A stretch of 51,598 nucleotides of DNA, from the NCBI GenBank assembly GCA_031763465.1, contig JARFOE010000001.1, forward strand, positions 12,620,816 to 12,672,413, written 5' to 3'. Numbering within the stretch: position 1 is the first letter of the stretch; the number at the start of each line of letters is the position of its first letter. Origin of the DNA: Squatina squatina. Taxonomy: Eukaryota. Below are positions 36,046 to 48,407 of the stretch, in pieces. Made by a program: the position numbers and the translations under genes. Below the pieces are notes generated by a model that was not told the DNA's origin, searched no databases, and worked only from the letters and a program-made list of their open reading frames with translations.

Positions 36046-36239
36046 CAGGTACATGGCAGAGTTCATTTGAGGCACACACAAAGATATGTGCATGCAGTCT
36101 ACAAGTATGTGAAAAGAAAAAGATTAGTGAAGAAGGTCCNNNNNNNNNNNNNNNNNNNNNNNNNNNNNNNNNNNNNNNNNNNNNNNNNNNNNNNNNNNNN
36201 NNNNNNNNNNNNNNNNNNNNNNNNNNNNNNNNNNNNNNN

Positions 36240-36314
36240 GTTCGGCACAACATCGTGGGCCGAAGGGCCTGTTATGTGCTGTATTTTCTATGTTCTATGT
36301 TCTATGTTCTATGT
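36240..36314 (+). repeat. CR1 LINE or HE1-type SINE 3' end with (TTCTATG)n tail
   Basis: gggccgaagggcctgttatgtgctgtattttctatgttctatgttctatgttctatg. Confidence 0.8.
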
Positions 36315-36319
36315 ACCCA

Positions 36320-37235
36320 CCAGGTTAGATACTGACATTGCACGTAATTTAGAGGATAGCATAGAGGCGGGATCTGCACATGGTGAGACACCAGGCACGA
36401 GTGGCCTGCAGCCAGGGCAAGGGGAAAGGGTAGCTCAGGCGCCAGCTCCCTGCTGAGCAAGATCGCACATGGGTTCTGCTATACAGGACTCAGATGAAGA
36501 CCTACAGAAGAACGCTGATGGGTGTGCACAATAAAATGATTAGTGCAATGGCAGACCTACCAGTAAGCCTGAATGCAATGTCAATAAGCATGGAGGAGTC
36601 CAGCAACAACCTTGCTGAGGGCTTTGGGCAGAGCTTGGAGCCCATCTTTTCTAGCGTGGAATGCACTTGTGGACCCAACCATCATGCTGCATCTAATGGC
36701 TTTCTTTGCAGCACAAGAAGTCACCCAATGCCTGAGTGCTGCAATGGAAGCTCAGACTGAAGTCATGCGTGCACAGATGGCTGCCACCATGGCTGGGTTT
36801 GCAGTTTACCGGTGTTGAAAGGGGTTTGCAGGGTATCACAGCAGTCCAGCAGTCTGTGCTCCAACAGATTACCAGGATTGCTGAGGTACTGCCGCGGGGG
36901 AGCTGCAGTGGATACATGGAGGACAACCCTGCTGCTTCTCTCACAATGACAGCAGTCATCTCCCACCACTGCCACTTCACCAGTGTCCTTGCTGTTGCCT
37001 GTCAGCCAGCCAGCCCAGACTGCTGGCGCCCATGCCAAGATGGCGGCAGTATGAATCTGGGCCTACTAGACCCAGAGCTCCTCGATGTCATCCTGCAAGG
37101 CCATCTGCATTCTTCTAACTGAAAGTCAGCAGCCTTCCACCAGCCATGCTGCAGCCACTGGGGTAGCACTGCATAGGAGCAATGGATAGAAAAAAGGCAC
37201 ATGCAGTCACTAAGGGAATGCACAAAGGTGATTAG
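36320..37235 (+). pseudogene. Harbinger Myb/SANT-like gene last exon remnant, copy 2
   Basis: actgacattgcacgtaatttagaggatagcatagaggcgggat matches actgacactgcatgtaatttagaggatagtacagagacgggat at about 35288-35330. GFGQSLEPIFSS matches GFAQSLEPILSS. Multiple frameshifts and stops. Confidence 0.75.
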
Positions 37236-37429
37236 TTGATTTTTAGATGGATAAAGTTTGATTGGAATGTTTGCTTTGTGGTGGTTTTTATTTCAGCATT
37301 GTGGCCAAGAGGATGCTGTGATGGTCAGTAACAGGGGGAAGTAAGAACAGAAGCAGTGGGACTAATGTTGCATGGGGAATTGGGGTTGTGTTCACTCACA
37401 TCGCAGGTGAGTGATTCTCTCACAGATAT

Positions 37430-38223
37430 CCTAGTCAGAAAGGAGTCATGAGCCAGGTGGTCAAGGTTTGCTCTTGTTGCCCAGTAGCCGCCCTGTGATT
37501 TGTCCTGGTGGCTCAAAGACTGAGGGAGCAGTGGGCTAGCACAGAAGAAAAGCATCATGACTGCTGCCAGGTTATTGAACATTCGCCATAATGATGTGCT
37601 GAGCATGGTCGCACAACAGCTGCACGTTCACCGAGTGGAAACCTTTGCGGTTGCAGTACATCTCAGCATTTATATACGGTGTCCGCAAAGCCACATGTGT
37701 GCAGTCGATGCGCTCTGCACCATGGGGAAATCCACTATCCTGGCAAAGCCATGTTCACACTCCGTCTGCTTCTCTCTGGTCAAAGTGAAGACAATGAAGT
37801 ACCCTCTCCTGGCATGAAGAGCATCTTGTCACCTCTCTTATGCAACAGTGGATGGCAAACTGTGAGCTGTTATAGATATGTCACCTGCTGTGGTCTGGAA
37901 GGATCCCGACGCAAACAAATTCAGAGCCACAGTCACTGGCAGCGCTGTCCTTACCATGGAGTGAGGCTGCAGATCTGGTTGCTGGAGGTGGTAGCATTCT
38001 GTGAGCACCTCCTTCGTAAAGTACAGACATCTGACACACTGCTCCTGGCTCAGGTTGGGGTAAGAGAATTGCTCTCGGAAGACCCTAGGTGGGTATGGCC
38101 CCCTTTTTGAGAGTCCTTCTTCTCCTCCTCCCTCTGCGAGTATCTTGTTCTCTTCTTTGCTTCCTCTGCTTCATCTCCCTGTCACGCTGCAGGCCAAGGG
38201 GGATGGTACCTACACACACCCAT
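37430..38223 (-). pseudogene. PIF/Harbinger transposase pseudogene, copy 2 (N-terminus through DDE core)
   Basis: Piecing frames gives PYPPRVFREQFSY..LSQEQC...VTVALNLFASGSFQ and IDCTHVALRTP...YCNRKGFHSVNVQLLCDH...*PGSSHDAFLL...LLGNK. Candidate start ATG at 38223-38221. Several stops and frameshifts. Confidence 0.9.
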
Positions 38224-38419
38224 GACTGGGAGCAAGTTGTCTGACCAGATCCAAGGCCTTTTCCACTTGCAGCACCAATCCTCGTCACCTCACCAACTTT
38301 AAGCTACTCTGGAAAGCACCAAATACTTCTACAGACTTACATAGAGCCAGTAGAAGTTCATCAGTAACTAACCTGAGAGTGGCTGCTGATCGCTTTAAAT
38401 ATCTCTGGTGGGTGTTCTT

Positions 38420-38678
38420 TTACCTCTTTTTATAAAACAATTAACAATTTGAACTAAAAACCAAAACTTAACAAAAAAACCCCGGTGCTTAAATTAAAAC
38501 CCGATTATCCCCAGTGAGGATGTACTCCAGTCCCCCCGGCACCCACCTGTCGCAGAAGGCCACAAGCGTGTTCCAACTCCAGGGACACCCGGGCGCGAAC
38601 ATAGCCGCGGAAGAGAGGCAGGCAGTCGGAGCAAACAACCCCCTCGATCGCCCGCTGCCTGGACCTATTAATGGCCAG
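38420..38678 (-). mobile_element. Tx1/L1-group non-LTR retrotransposon 3' end
   Basis: The minus strand gives LAINRSRQRAIEGVVCSDCLPLFRGYVRARVSLELEH and then FCDRW...GDNRVLI*, resembling the Tx1 ORF2 C-terminus. A T-rich 3' UTR and short A tract follow. Confidence 0.65.
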
Positions 38679-38778
38679 NNNNNNNNNNNNNNNNNNNNNN
38701 NNNNNNNNNNNNNNNNNNNNNNNNNNNNNNNNNNNNNNNNNNNNNNNNNNNNNNNNNNNNNNNNNNNNNNNNNNNNNN

Positions 38779-38920
38779 AGTGGAAAATACATCGGTGATT
38801 TTATACTCCAAGTAGGGGGTCGGCTTATACAAAGGTAACATATAAAAAAAAACTTTTTTGACCCTAAAGCCAGGGGTCGGCTGATACTCAGGATCGGCTT
38901 GTACACCGGGATCTACCGTA
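38779..38920. mobile_element. Tc1/mariner (pogo/Tc2-like) non-autonomous element end
   Basis: Repeated subterminal ggggtcggcttatac / ggggtcggctgatac / gatcggcttgtac motifs, ending ...gatctaccg followed by TA. Confidence 0.55.
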
Positions 38921-41447
38921 AGTACATTTTTATAATTTCAATTCAGGACTCATTAAGTGTCACCTATAATATTATTCTCTAATCCCATCAGTCCAATAAA
39001 TGTGCTTGTCAGAATATTTAACAGGAGTTAGTCACTAGAGACCTTGCTAATTGGTACAGAATTATCAGTTATTTGCATTGCAGTTCAATTTATGGTAGCA
39101 GAGCCTATTAACAAGGTAATGGTAATTGCTATTTGAAGCTGAACAGCCTTCATGGTATTCAGTAAATGGATAAAAGTCTCACATCTCACTTTGGGGGTGG
39201 ATTTATTCTTGGAGCACAGGTAGTGTGTGAAATAGAAGTTAACACGTTTGCCCTTTTTTTTTTAAACAAACTTTCAGGAGTGTTCAACTTCTCTTTTTGG
39301 GGAATTGTAACTCCCTCCACCCTGGCAGAAATCATGCAGAATGGGAGTTAAAATTGATCAGCTCAATTTGCCATTCCATTCTCACCCTTTAGCAGGTTTG
39401 ACCCTGCTGTTATAGCCAGTGGCTGAGGTGTCCACTTGAGTCAGGCTTAGTAAAAGCTGGCAGGGAAGAAGCAGAGGCTCCAATAGGTATGTTTTCAACT
39501 TACTTTTGTCGGGCCAGGAGAGGCAGAAGGCTCCCCTCTCTTCCACCCACAAGACCTAGCTGAACCCTTTCCTCCCATAACTTACCTGAGTGCCAGTGAG
39601 TGGCCTTTGGGTGGGGGAAAGTGCTGACCGGAATGTTCCAGCACTTGGAACACACTGCTCAGCACTTCCAAAAATTTAAGTGAATATCTTTAATTTAGAA
39701 ACTCAATGCAAACTGGTCTAATTGATAAGCAANNNNNNNNNNNNNNNNNNNNNNNNNNNNNNNNNNNNNNNNNNNNNNNNNNNNNNNNNNNNNNNNNNNN
39801 NNNNNNNNNNNNNNNNNNNNNNNNNNNNNNNNTTCCCCAGACGCCACGAGTGTCGGCTGCCCCGGATTCGCCACCATTGGTGAAATCGTGGCCATAGTGT
39901 GCATGCTATTATTATAAAGTACTTGCAGTTCCTCTCCCAATCCTAGCCTGGAAACTCAGCAAATTTCAGGGTAAGCTTCAAAGTTGACTCTGAGTCACCA
40001 TATGAAGAATCCCAACGCAAAGTTTACTTTAATTTTTAACTGAATTGCAGTCTATAACAATATTTCTGTGCCAATTTTTGATCAGCATTTTCTAAGGTCC
40101 AATCAAGCCAACACCAGTCAAAATTAACTGACCAAAGACAATTTAGAATTTGTGTGGTGTTGTAGCACTTACAACATTTTAATGATTCCATTGCACTCTC
40201 TTTATCTGCACTGGGCTCAAGAGTATTTATATTAAATACTCCGAAAATCTCAAAGAACATTTTGTGCTTCTCTTGTTGTTATCGCTATTATTCTTGTGGA
40301 AAATAAATGAATGCCTTGCATCAACCAAGTCATAAAATTCATTAATTAAATCTTAATATTGAATGANNNNNNNNNNNNNNNNNNNNNNNNNNNNNNNNNN
40401 NNNNNNNNNNNNNNNNNNNNNNNNNNNNNNNNNNNNNNNNNNNNNNNNNNNNNNNNNNNNNNNNNNACAATGAGGTGCTTCTGTAACAAAGCACCTCCCT
40501 TTAAGTAGTACAGAGAACCTAGGCCAAGTTTTATCGGCCAGTAGACTACATCCCATATTGACCTTCGTATTCAGTGCTGAGCCAATCCACAGCATACTTA
40601 GCACTGAGATCATTGCTGCAATCATTATAATGTGCAGGCAGCATGGATTTTGCGTGATGCCTGCACAACTTTGAACGGATGTGGGCATATAGAGCTGCGC
40701 AAAGCCCGCGACCATTTTTGGACCTTATCCAATTTCTAGGCCCAAATGTTTTTACTGCTAATCTGTTCCACATTACCACAGTCAATGGGAGAGGGAAACT
40801 ATTGTAGTCTCTTGCCTTTCATGAGTTTTGTTATTGTTAAACCTGTATCATCTAATCTGTGTTCAGAGTTAAATAATCTGATTGTATCTTTGTTACCTAT
40901 GTCTCTCAACATTTGAAAGGTCTGTAATATATCTCCCTCGTTCATCTTTTCTTCAATAAAAACAATTTCAGGATTGCGAATCTCTTCCCATACCTTGAAG
41001 CCTTAATTCTCAGAACCATCCTTTTCACTATTCTCTGAAGTGTTTGGTGGAGTCCAAGAGACCAAGAGCAGACTGTTGATTTGGGGTGGAGGGAGCAGTG
41101 AATGAGTTAGTAGCTTTCTTGTGTTCTGAGAGGTCTATGATTTCCATGGACAATAGAAACTCCCTGAGAACAGGACAACCTTATTAAAAGAATTGCATAG
41201 ATCAGCTACTTTAACATATACCTACACGTAAAGATATTTTCATTAATGGGAACATGCACTTTATATAATACCATCAATGTGCAACTATAGCTGCAGCAGA
41301 AAACGATGTAAATGCAATTGAGACCATCCCAACTTGAACTGAATCTGATCACATATTGGAAACAAGGCTTTATGATAATTGTTTTTTTTAAAAAAAAATG
41401 TAGCCACAATCCATTTCTCATTTTCTCTTGATTTAGTTTAAATTAGG

Positions 41448-41907
41448 GAACATCATTCTAAATGTGTGGCCTGAGATGCAGAGGGTTATTGGCATTGTTG
41501 ATTTTGTAATCAAGAAGTAATACTGATTATGGCACACAATTTCAGCTTACATGAAGTCATGACCATTACCAGAATTTTTAATTTTATGGTTATTTTATTA
41601 TTGTACCACATGGATGCATTGTATAAATAGCATTGTTGATTTGGGAGTGGTGTGATGATGGAAAATTAATTCAACTCATGAGCTCAGGAAACATGTAACC
41701 CATTTGCCCTTCAGGGTTTTGAGCCACGACTTCTTAACAAAACTCTGCAAATTGTTTGCAAAATCCAACCACTCCCTATTGACAATTCTATATATTTCCC
41801 CATACATAAAAACACAACATTTGACAAAGACTTAGGGATATTGTTTACAAAGTCGACAACTGCAGATCATCCTCTACCTCTCAGGCCACACATTTGGAAT
41901 AATGTTC
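41448..41907. repeat. About 460-bp nested imperfect palindrome (foldback element)
   Basis: Outer arms gaacatcattctaaatgtgtggcctgaga / tctcaggccacacatttggaataatgttc extend about 65 bp. Inner arms lie at about 41622-41655 and 41762-41794. Confidence 0.8.
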
Positions 41908-42355
41908 ATTCCACAGCACTGCTACAATTCACCCACAGAGCAAACTGAAGTATTGTTGTCTTCTCAAAACTGATCACAATATTAGGCAAGGATTTTTGTA
42001 AGTTTCTGCAGTAACTATCTGTGAGCCTGTGGTTACACATTAATGTCATTCACAGAATTCTGTTATTTGTAATTTTCAATATAATCTCATTTCATTCTTT
42101 TTTACTTTCTTCCCCTTGGTATTCTCCTTTCCTCTCATAAAGGTGGTGATTCAAGCTGGGCTATGNNNNNNNNNNNNNNNNNNNNNNNNNNNNNNNNNNN
42201 NNNNNNNNNNNNNNNNNNNNNNNNNNNNNNNNNNNNNNNNNNNNNNNNNNNNNNNNNNNNNNNNNGTACATTCAGTTGTGTTTCTACTCTATCTGACCAC
42301 AGGTGCATCACAACTGAGGCTGATTTTGTTCTCAGCCAACATCCACAAATGTTCA

Positions 42356-42463
42356 AAAGCAAAATACTGCGGATGCTGGAAATAAATACTCAGCCAGTCA
42401 GGCAGCTTCTGTGGAGAGAGAATTGGAGTTAATGCTTCAGGTTGATGGCCCTTCATCAGAACT
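42356..42463 (-). mobile_element. Penelope pLTR-like repeat with degenerate minimal hammerhead motif
   Basis: The minus strand reads agtt-CTGATGA-agggcc-atc-aacct-GAAG-catt-aact...ctctccacagaagctgcctgactggctgag...ttccagcatccgcagtattttgcttt. Confidence 0.65.
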
Positions 42464-42482
42464 TTTGTCCACATGTGTTGTT

Positions 42483-42680
42483 GTTCCAGCAATGGCCATT
42501 GGATAGTGAACAAGACTGGAGCTCGGCTGATACTTCCTTAGCCCCAGAGCAGTAAGGTCACCCCTACTGGCAGCACATCTGAGGTCAGGCAACACAACAC
42601 AGATTTGGGATTGAACCTGGAATTTTCCTTTACTGCACTGTTGAGTTGCACACTGCTTTTAGTAGCTGACCCATGTGGGT
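42483..42680 (-). repeat. Old tRNA-derived SINE fragment
   Basis: The minus strand contains box B-like ccaggttcaatccc preceded by a decayed box A (gtcagctactaaaagc). Family uncertain. Confidence 0.4.
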
Positions 42681-45600
42681 GAGCCACCCACATTCCATTT
42701 TTTATAATATTTGAAATCCAAACTACACAATGTAAATCTTTCTGGATGCAAACTGAAAAGACAGTTCAGGTTAGCATTAATCATATACTACAATGTGACA
42801 AGACTCCGTTATAATAGTGTGAAATCATGATTGGCAATATTTATTACAATTAGTCACATTAACTTGACATGATTTTGTATTTTTATTAAGCTGTCTTTCA
42901 TAGTGTAGTAACATAGAGTTATTTTTGATTTCTCACTGGTATTTTAATTTGAAGGATAATAGAATAACACACAATTAGTAAAAAAGGAGCCTATGCCATT
43001 ACAATCACAAAGAAAAATTCTCGAAGTGACCTTAAATTTTTTATTTTGCAAAACCTTAGTTTCTATAATCACCATAACTGAATAGAGTTCAATTAAAGTC
43101 ACTAAATGAAATGCTAGGAGCAAAGTGCCTTCGGGGTTTTCAAAGTTAAAAGAAAGCTTAATGAATGGTTTGAGCATCTAAATTGGCGTGCGAGTAATTA
43201 GTGAACTGGTAATTAATGCGCATCTGTGGTCTGTGAATTAGCGCTGTCGACAGAGACATTACTGCTGAGTGGTGGGAATTTACAGGTGGGGTTTGGGCAT
43301 ACAGCTTTACCATTTTTACATTTCTGACTACACCTGTGGTTGTTTAATTAGAGAAGAATTAATTCCCATTAACATTNNNNNNNNNNCCTGCATAACTTGA
43401 TGAGATAGTCTTCTGATAGCTGTAAGACCACCAGACTAGTAATCACATTGATTGCAGGAAAACAGAAAATCTGGTTCCTCAGAGAATAAGTAGATAGAAG
43501 GCATGTAGCTCAACATTAAAGACCTTATTCAGTTAAACCAAGTAAATTGAACCAAGTTCTGCATTTGGGGAAAATGTTTTGCATCTACTGTGAATACACA
43601 TTCGGCAACTTCTGACAATTCATTCACATCTGTAAAAAAATATCCAAACTTCTGGAAAAACCACCTGTTCATCTCCATTCAGTCAGCTCCCATCCTGATC
43701 TCCTGGTAGTGCTTACTTATATNNNNNNNNNNNNNNNNNNNNNNNNNNNNNNNNNNNNNNNNNNNNNNNNNNNNNNNNNNNNNNNNNNNNNNNNNNNNNN
43801 NNNNNNNNNNNNNNNNNNNNNNCTCCCCCAACTCCCCCTACCCATCTCTGTGTCCTGTATTTGCAGGTGAACCTCTGCTGGGTTTGCAGTGGCAGCCCTT
43901 CCTCCTAATTATACTCAGATGGAGTTCACTTTTCACTTTAAAAAAATAATAAGCTACACAGAGTTTGGCACTTCACTAACAAAATGGTGGCATAAAAAAT
44001 GAAAATGACAATTGTGGTGGCGAATTGCTGTAGCTCACAAGAACACCTGCTGAGGAATACAGCGCAAGCTCACACCAAATTACAGTCAAAATAATAATCA
44101 TCTAATTATGGAGCTCATCAACAAAAAATATGCTGATTGTCGCAGCCAGCAAGAAAACAAACCTGAAGAGATTTCGTCTGTGTGTCAAAATATCAGTAGT
44201 TATAATGAGCTTAAAAATGCATCCAGTTCACAACCATATGTGAAATGCTACCACTCCCTAAATTAAGGTAATTATATTGATTTATGGTAAGAAACACGCA
44301 AAGTGGAAGATTTTCATAACAGCCTCTACATTGGGATTATTAGTGATGCTGCGCAATATTTTAACACCAACATAATAAATATATTATAGGCACTACACTA
44401 CAGTTGTACACTACAGCCTGATGAGTATTTAAATCCCAATGAAATGCTTCAAATTTCACACTTTCTGTTTTCAGCTCACTCACTGTAACATTAAAATACA
44501 CCTATTGTTAGCGGGCTAATTCCACTCAAATGTCAGAAGTAGCTTTATTGCCATAAAATATAAATGTATAAATATAATAACTATCTATTTATAGGAGGGG
44601 TGAAGAAACGATGCCCTGTGTGCCACATGTGACCTGTGAGCCGTGACAATCCAGTCCACAAAGCCCAGTCATCTCAGCCACACTTTTGCTTAATTACTAT
44701 TTTTATTTGCTAATTTTCCTTGCTTGAATTCCAGGTGCCTCGGTGTTTTAACAGGATATCTTTTTAGCACTATTGCCGCATGGGTGGATGAATCCTAAAT
44801 CAAAACACTTATATCTGTTCGTATCTAAGGACCCCAGAATAGACTGATGCACAAGGTCAGAGAAGGCGGAGTCAGGANNNNNNNNNNNNNNNNNNNNNNN
44901 NNNNNNNNNNNNNNNNNNNNNNNNNNNNNNNNNNNNNNNNNNNNNNNNNNNNNNNNNNNNNNNNNNNNNNNNNNNNNGGAACTGGCCCAGTTCAGACTGC
45001 TTCTCTTAGAGCCACAGTTGAGCCCCCATTAAGCCCCACACTGATTTTTTTTCAAAGAGACCAATGCCTCATTATTTTGTAGGACCCTGAAACCGGTGCT
45101 GACTGCCAACGTGGCGCTAACCAATTGGAACCCCTTAGAGTTTTTGCAATGAATTAAGTAACTATTGGATGAAAAAGATAGCCTGTTAAAAACACCTTGA
45201 AGCAAAAGACATCAATGTCACCTTAAATATCACTTTTGTGAAACAAATATATTTTCACCATAGCTACTTGTCCTGGTGCTAATTAGACACGTCTTTCCTA
45301 TTTCATATACAGTTTCATATTTCTATTTTAATTTGTAGTTATATTCATGAGGGAACATTAGTGAATGTAACCTGCATCATGTGAAGAATTTTGGAGCCAG
45401 TGCTACATTGTGTTCCCATTTTGGAATACTATATCCTTTTGGAGGTCATTAATATATTGGACACACAATTCTTAATATTAATGTTATGTATTATTAATAT
45501 TGCTAATGATCTAATTTGCATAATTTTATCATTCTGTTTCAATGCTTTGATGAATCAGGTCAGCAACGAAGGCATCTCAAGAGCTGATCACAAACAATAC

Positions 45601-47539
45601 TTTTTTAAATTGCTTAAGCTGTGAGATTCGTCTGACCATTTATAGGTGAACCATTGTTGCAATGCAGAAACAAAAGGTTGACTTATGAAATGTGTATCTT
45701 TGGCTCAGCAGTATGCAAGGTCAAAGATGACTTTAGATGCAACTGATTATACAAGCCAATTTAAATTAAACGCCAAAAATAATTCCAATTATTCCATTTC
45801 TGGTAAATTGTGAAAACAGATTTTGCACATGTGAGTTAACACTAGTTTTGGATCCAGTTTGGTTACTATTTTGAATACATACGATGAACAGTTTTATTTA
45901 CCTGGCTGATGCAAATGCTTCAGTTCAGTCCCACGGGTTAGTCTGTTGGTATATTTAAGTAGTGCATCATTTTGAATTGGCTTTGTGATGTAAAGCCTCA
46001 AGATCTTCTACTTCTGACAGAAAGCTTGTCCATGAAGAGATATATGTGGTGTTAAACTGGCTGTAATTTCATGAGTGTCTACAAACCTGAGAAAAAAGAT
46101 TCAATGGAAATAATTTCACTATATTATCCGCTGATAAAGGGAGGGAAAATTGCCTACATTTCCAATGGTAATAACACTCCTTAAATATACTTTATATACC
46201 AAAGAGTGTAATAGTATATAACACCAAATAAAATTGTTTAAAAATGACAGCTGCATCTGATATAATGGAGCTTGTTATGCACTTGAAATCACATATTATC
46301 TGAAGTGGGACAGTCAGTAATAGGCCCCCACAAAGGACATTGAATGAGGAGACACAGAACTNNNNNNNNNNNNNNNNNNNNNNNNNNNNNNNNNNNNNNN
46401 NNNNNNNNNNNNNNNNNNNNNNNNNNNNNNNNNNNNNNNNNNNNNNNNNNNNNNNNNNNNNTCAGACATTCCTCGTTGCTACCAGGTTATATTGGCTTGC
46501 CTACTTTTCTAAATAACTGTCAATGAAGATTGCTGCTCATTAGCCCACTAAGATGTTTTAGCTTTATCAGGGAGTTTGTAAAATGGTAACTTATTTTTGT
46601 TTCTGAAGACATTTAAGTAAGTCTTGATAATTGAAAAAAAGAAATTGCTATTTCAATTAAAGGCCCTTCAAAATTAGTTTACTAATGGCTTATTTTTTTT
46701 CCTTAGTATTGTTATAACCTTGATGTATTCTACCTTGAGGCAAACACTAAGAGCTGCAGTGACTATTGTTTTGTATTTAATGCATAGGAACACTACTTTG
46801 CATTGTATAATGTGCATGAATAAAATATATTCTAATCCCATTCAAAGGATGATTGACGTAGTGCATTGTACCAAACATTCTTTCAGCCTTTTGATGTATT
46901 CTTTGTTCCATCGATTTACCTGACAGACTGAGAGCTCTTAAAAGTTCAAATTAATTCATTTTCTGGCAGAAAACCAACTTTCAAGTGGCTACTTTAGCCA
47001 TATTTATCAAAGCAGAATATTATTTTTTATGAAATGGATTCATAAAAATCATGGATTCCATTTTTACATAGAACAAAAATGTTACTTAATTAACTTCTCA
47101 ATTTCTTCACCACAGAAAAACTGCTGAATGCATAAACGGAGTGAAGCATGAGATTATGACATGTGGTTGGCCTTCTGTTGATTAACTCATTCATTTCATT
47201 GCTTTTGGAACAGTAAACGTCAGCCTGTGCAAAAGTATCCAAATTTGTACTTGTGAAAGAACATAGATATGACCAATGTTATGGAGTCGTTTTCCCAATG
47301 CACCTATTGCATTTGCTGATAATTATTCAAGTCTTCATTGTAGTGCATTACCAGCATGCTTTTGTACTGTTTTCCTTACATTCCAGAAGTGGCAGTGGGG
47401 TAAAAGCAGCATTGCAGGATGAATAATAGTCTTAAGAAATGCGGCCATGTTATAAGTTACAAATCACATAGGAGTGAAGTATTGTGTCCCATGGCAGTTC
47501 CAGGAGGTACGTTCCTTTACACTGACCTCCTGGGTCCAA

Positions 47540-47850
47540 GGTCCCTGCCTAAACCACCCACCGTGATCGGTGACTTCCGCAGGACTTTGATTTCCCCTCA
47601 CCGCACTCCCTATGCTGCTCCTCCAGCCCCAAATACTCTTCGGATCTCCCATTATCCTTCAGCCCCCGACTCACTTCAGACACGTCCTCCCTCCGATCTT
47701 CTCCCGACCCCCGATCCTCTTCAGACACCCCCATCCTCCTCTGGCTCCCCACTCTCTTCAGATGGCACCCCAATTTTCTCCCAGCCCCCGACCCCTCAAT
47801 CTTCTCCCAGCATAATCCCCACACGATAACTCCCTCCCTCCTTTCTGTGG
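47540..47850 (+). repeat. C-rich low-complexity stretch
   Basis: Degenerate cccccga/cctctc units. The Pro/Ser-rich ORF 47419-47829 is explained by composition. Confidence 0.6.
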
Positions 47851-48306
47851 CCTAGTGCCGCAGGCCTATCCACCCAGAGCCAGCCAGCCTCTCAATCTGG
47901 CTGACTCTGGTACATCTGGAAGGGCCTGCTGGAAACCTGTTCTCTAGGGTTTCCTAAACATTTCAGAGCCATCCTCACCTTCCCCACTCAAATTCAGCCT
48001 TTTTTTCCTTTCATCCCTGGAGTCAGAGTTTGAATTCAGCCTGGATAAAGAGACACAGATCTGTCTGACAACAGTGAGATATACAAAGTGCAGTGACTTA
48101 GAATAGTTATCATTCATTTTGCTGTGTGCGTAAACCTGCCACAGATTTGGCACTAACTGACATTAGTTTATTGCTCTTGTTTAGAGAAGCCACAGCAATG
48201 GGAGTTTGGGATTCAAGATGGGTGTTTGTTTTGAATTAAACTGACAATATTTTATAGCAGTCTATTATTTGTATCTCTAATAAAACTGAAGATATTTATT
48301 TTCCAG

Positions 48307-48407
48307 GTGTAAAGTTAGACTATGAGAGCTGCGAGGCCCTCGAAGAAATCTTCAAACGGATACAGTTTAAACTGATTAATTTGGAATGGGCGAAGCTGGA
48401 TGAAGAT
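48307..48407 (+). CDS. PPP1R37: Internal coding exon of a PPP1R37 (LRRC68)-like leucine-rich-repeat protein
   Basis: Acceptor tttattttccag| and donor |gtaagg, 101 bp, phase 1 to phase 0, no stops: (G)VKLDYESCEALEEIFKRIQFKLINLEWAKLDED. This matches my recollection of PPP1R37 GEKLDYKTCEALEEVFKRLQFKVVDLEQTNLDED. Ortholog versus paralog is unresolved. Confidence 0.85.

Noticed and set aside
35639-36253. 204-aa ORF as a domesticated HARBI1 gene
   Set aside because: The ORF spans an N gap, only about 105 aa are transposase-like, a catalytic Asp is lost, and a second decayed copy sits alongside. This is a transposon relic.
44415-44455. CTGATGA...GAAA hammerhead-like spacing
   Set aside because: The intervening gtatttaaatcccaat cannot form a credible stem II and there are no flanking stems.
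45902-46086. Possible minus-strand exon with good acceptor (cttttttctcag) and donor (cag|gtaaa)
   Set aside because: All three frames contain stops. A non-coding exon cannot be excluded but has no support.
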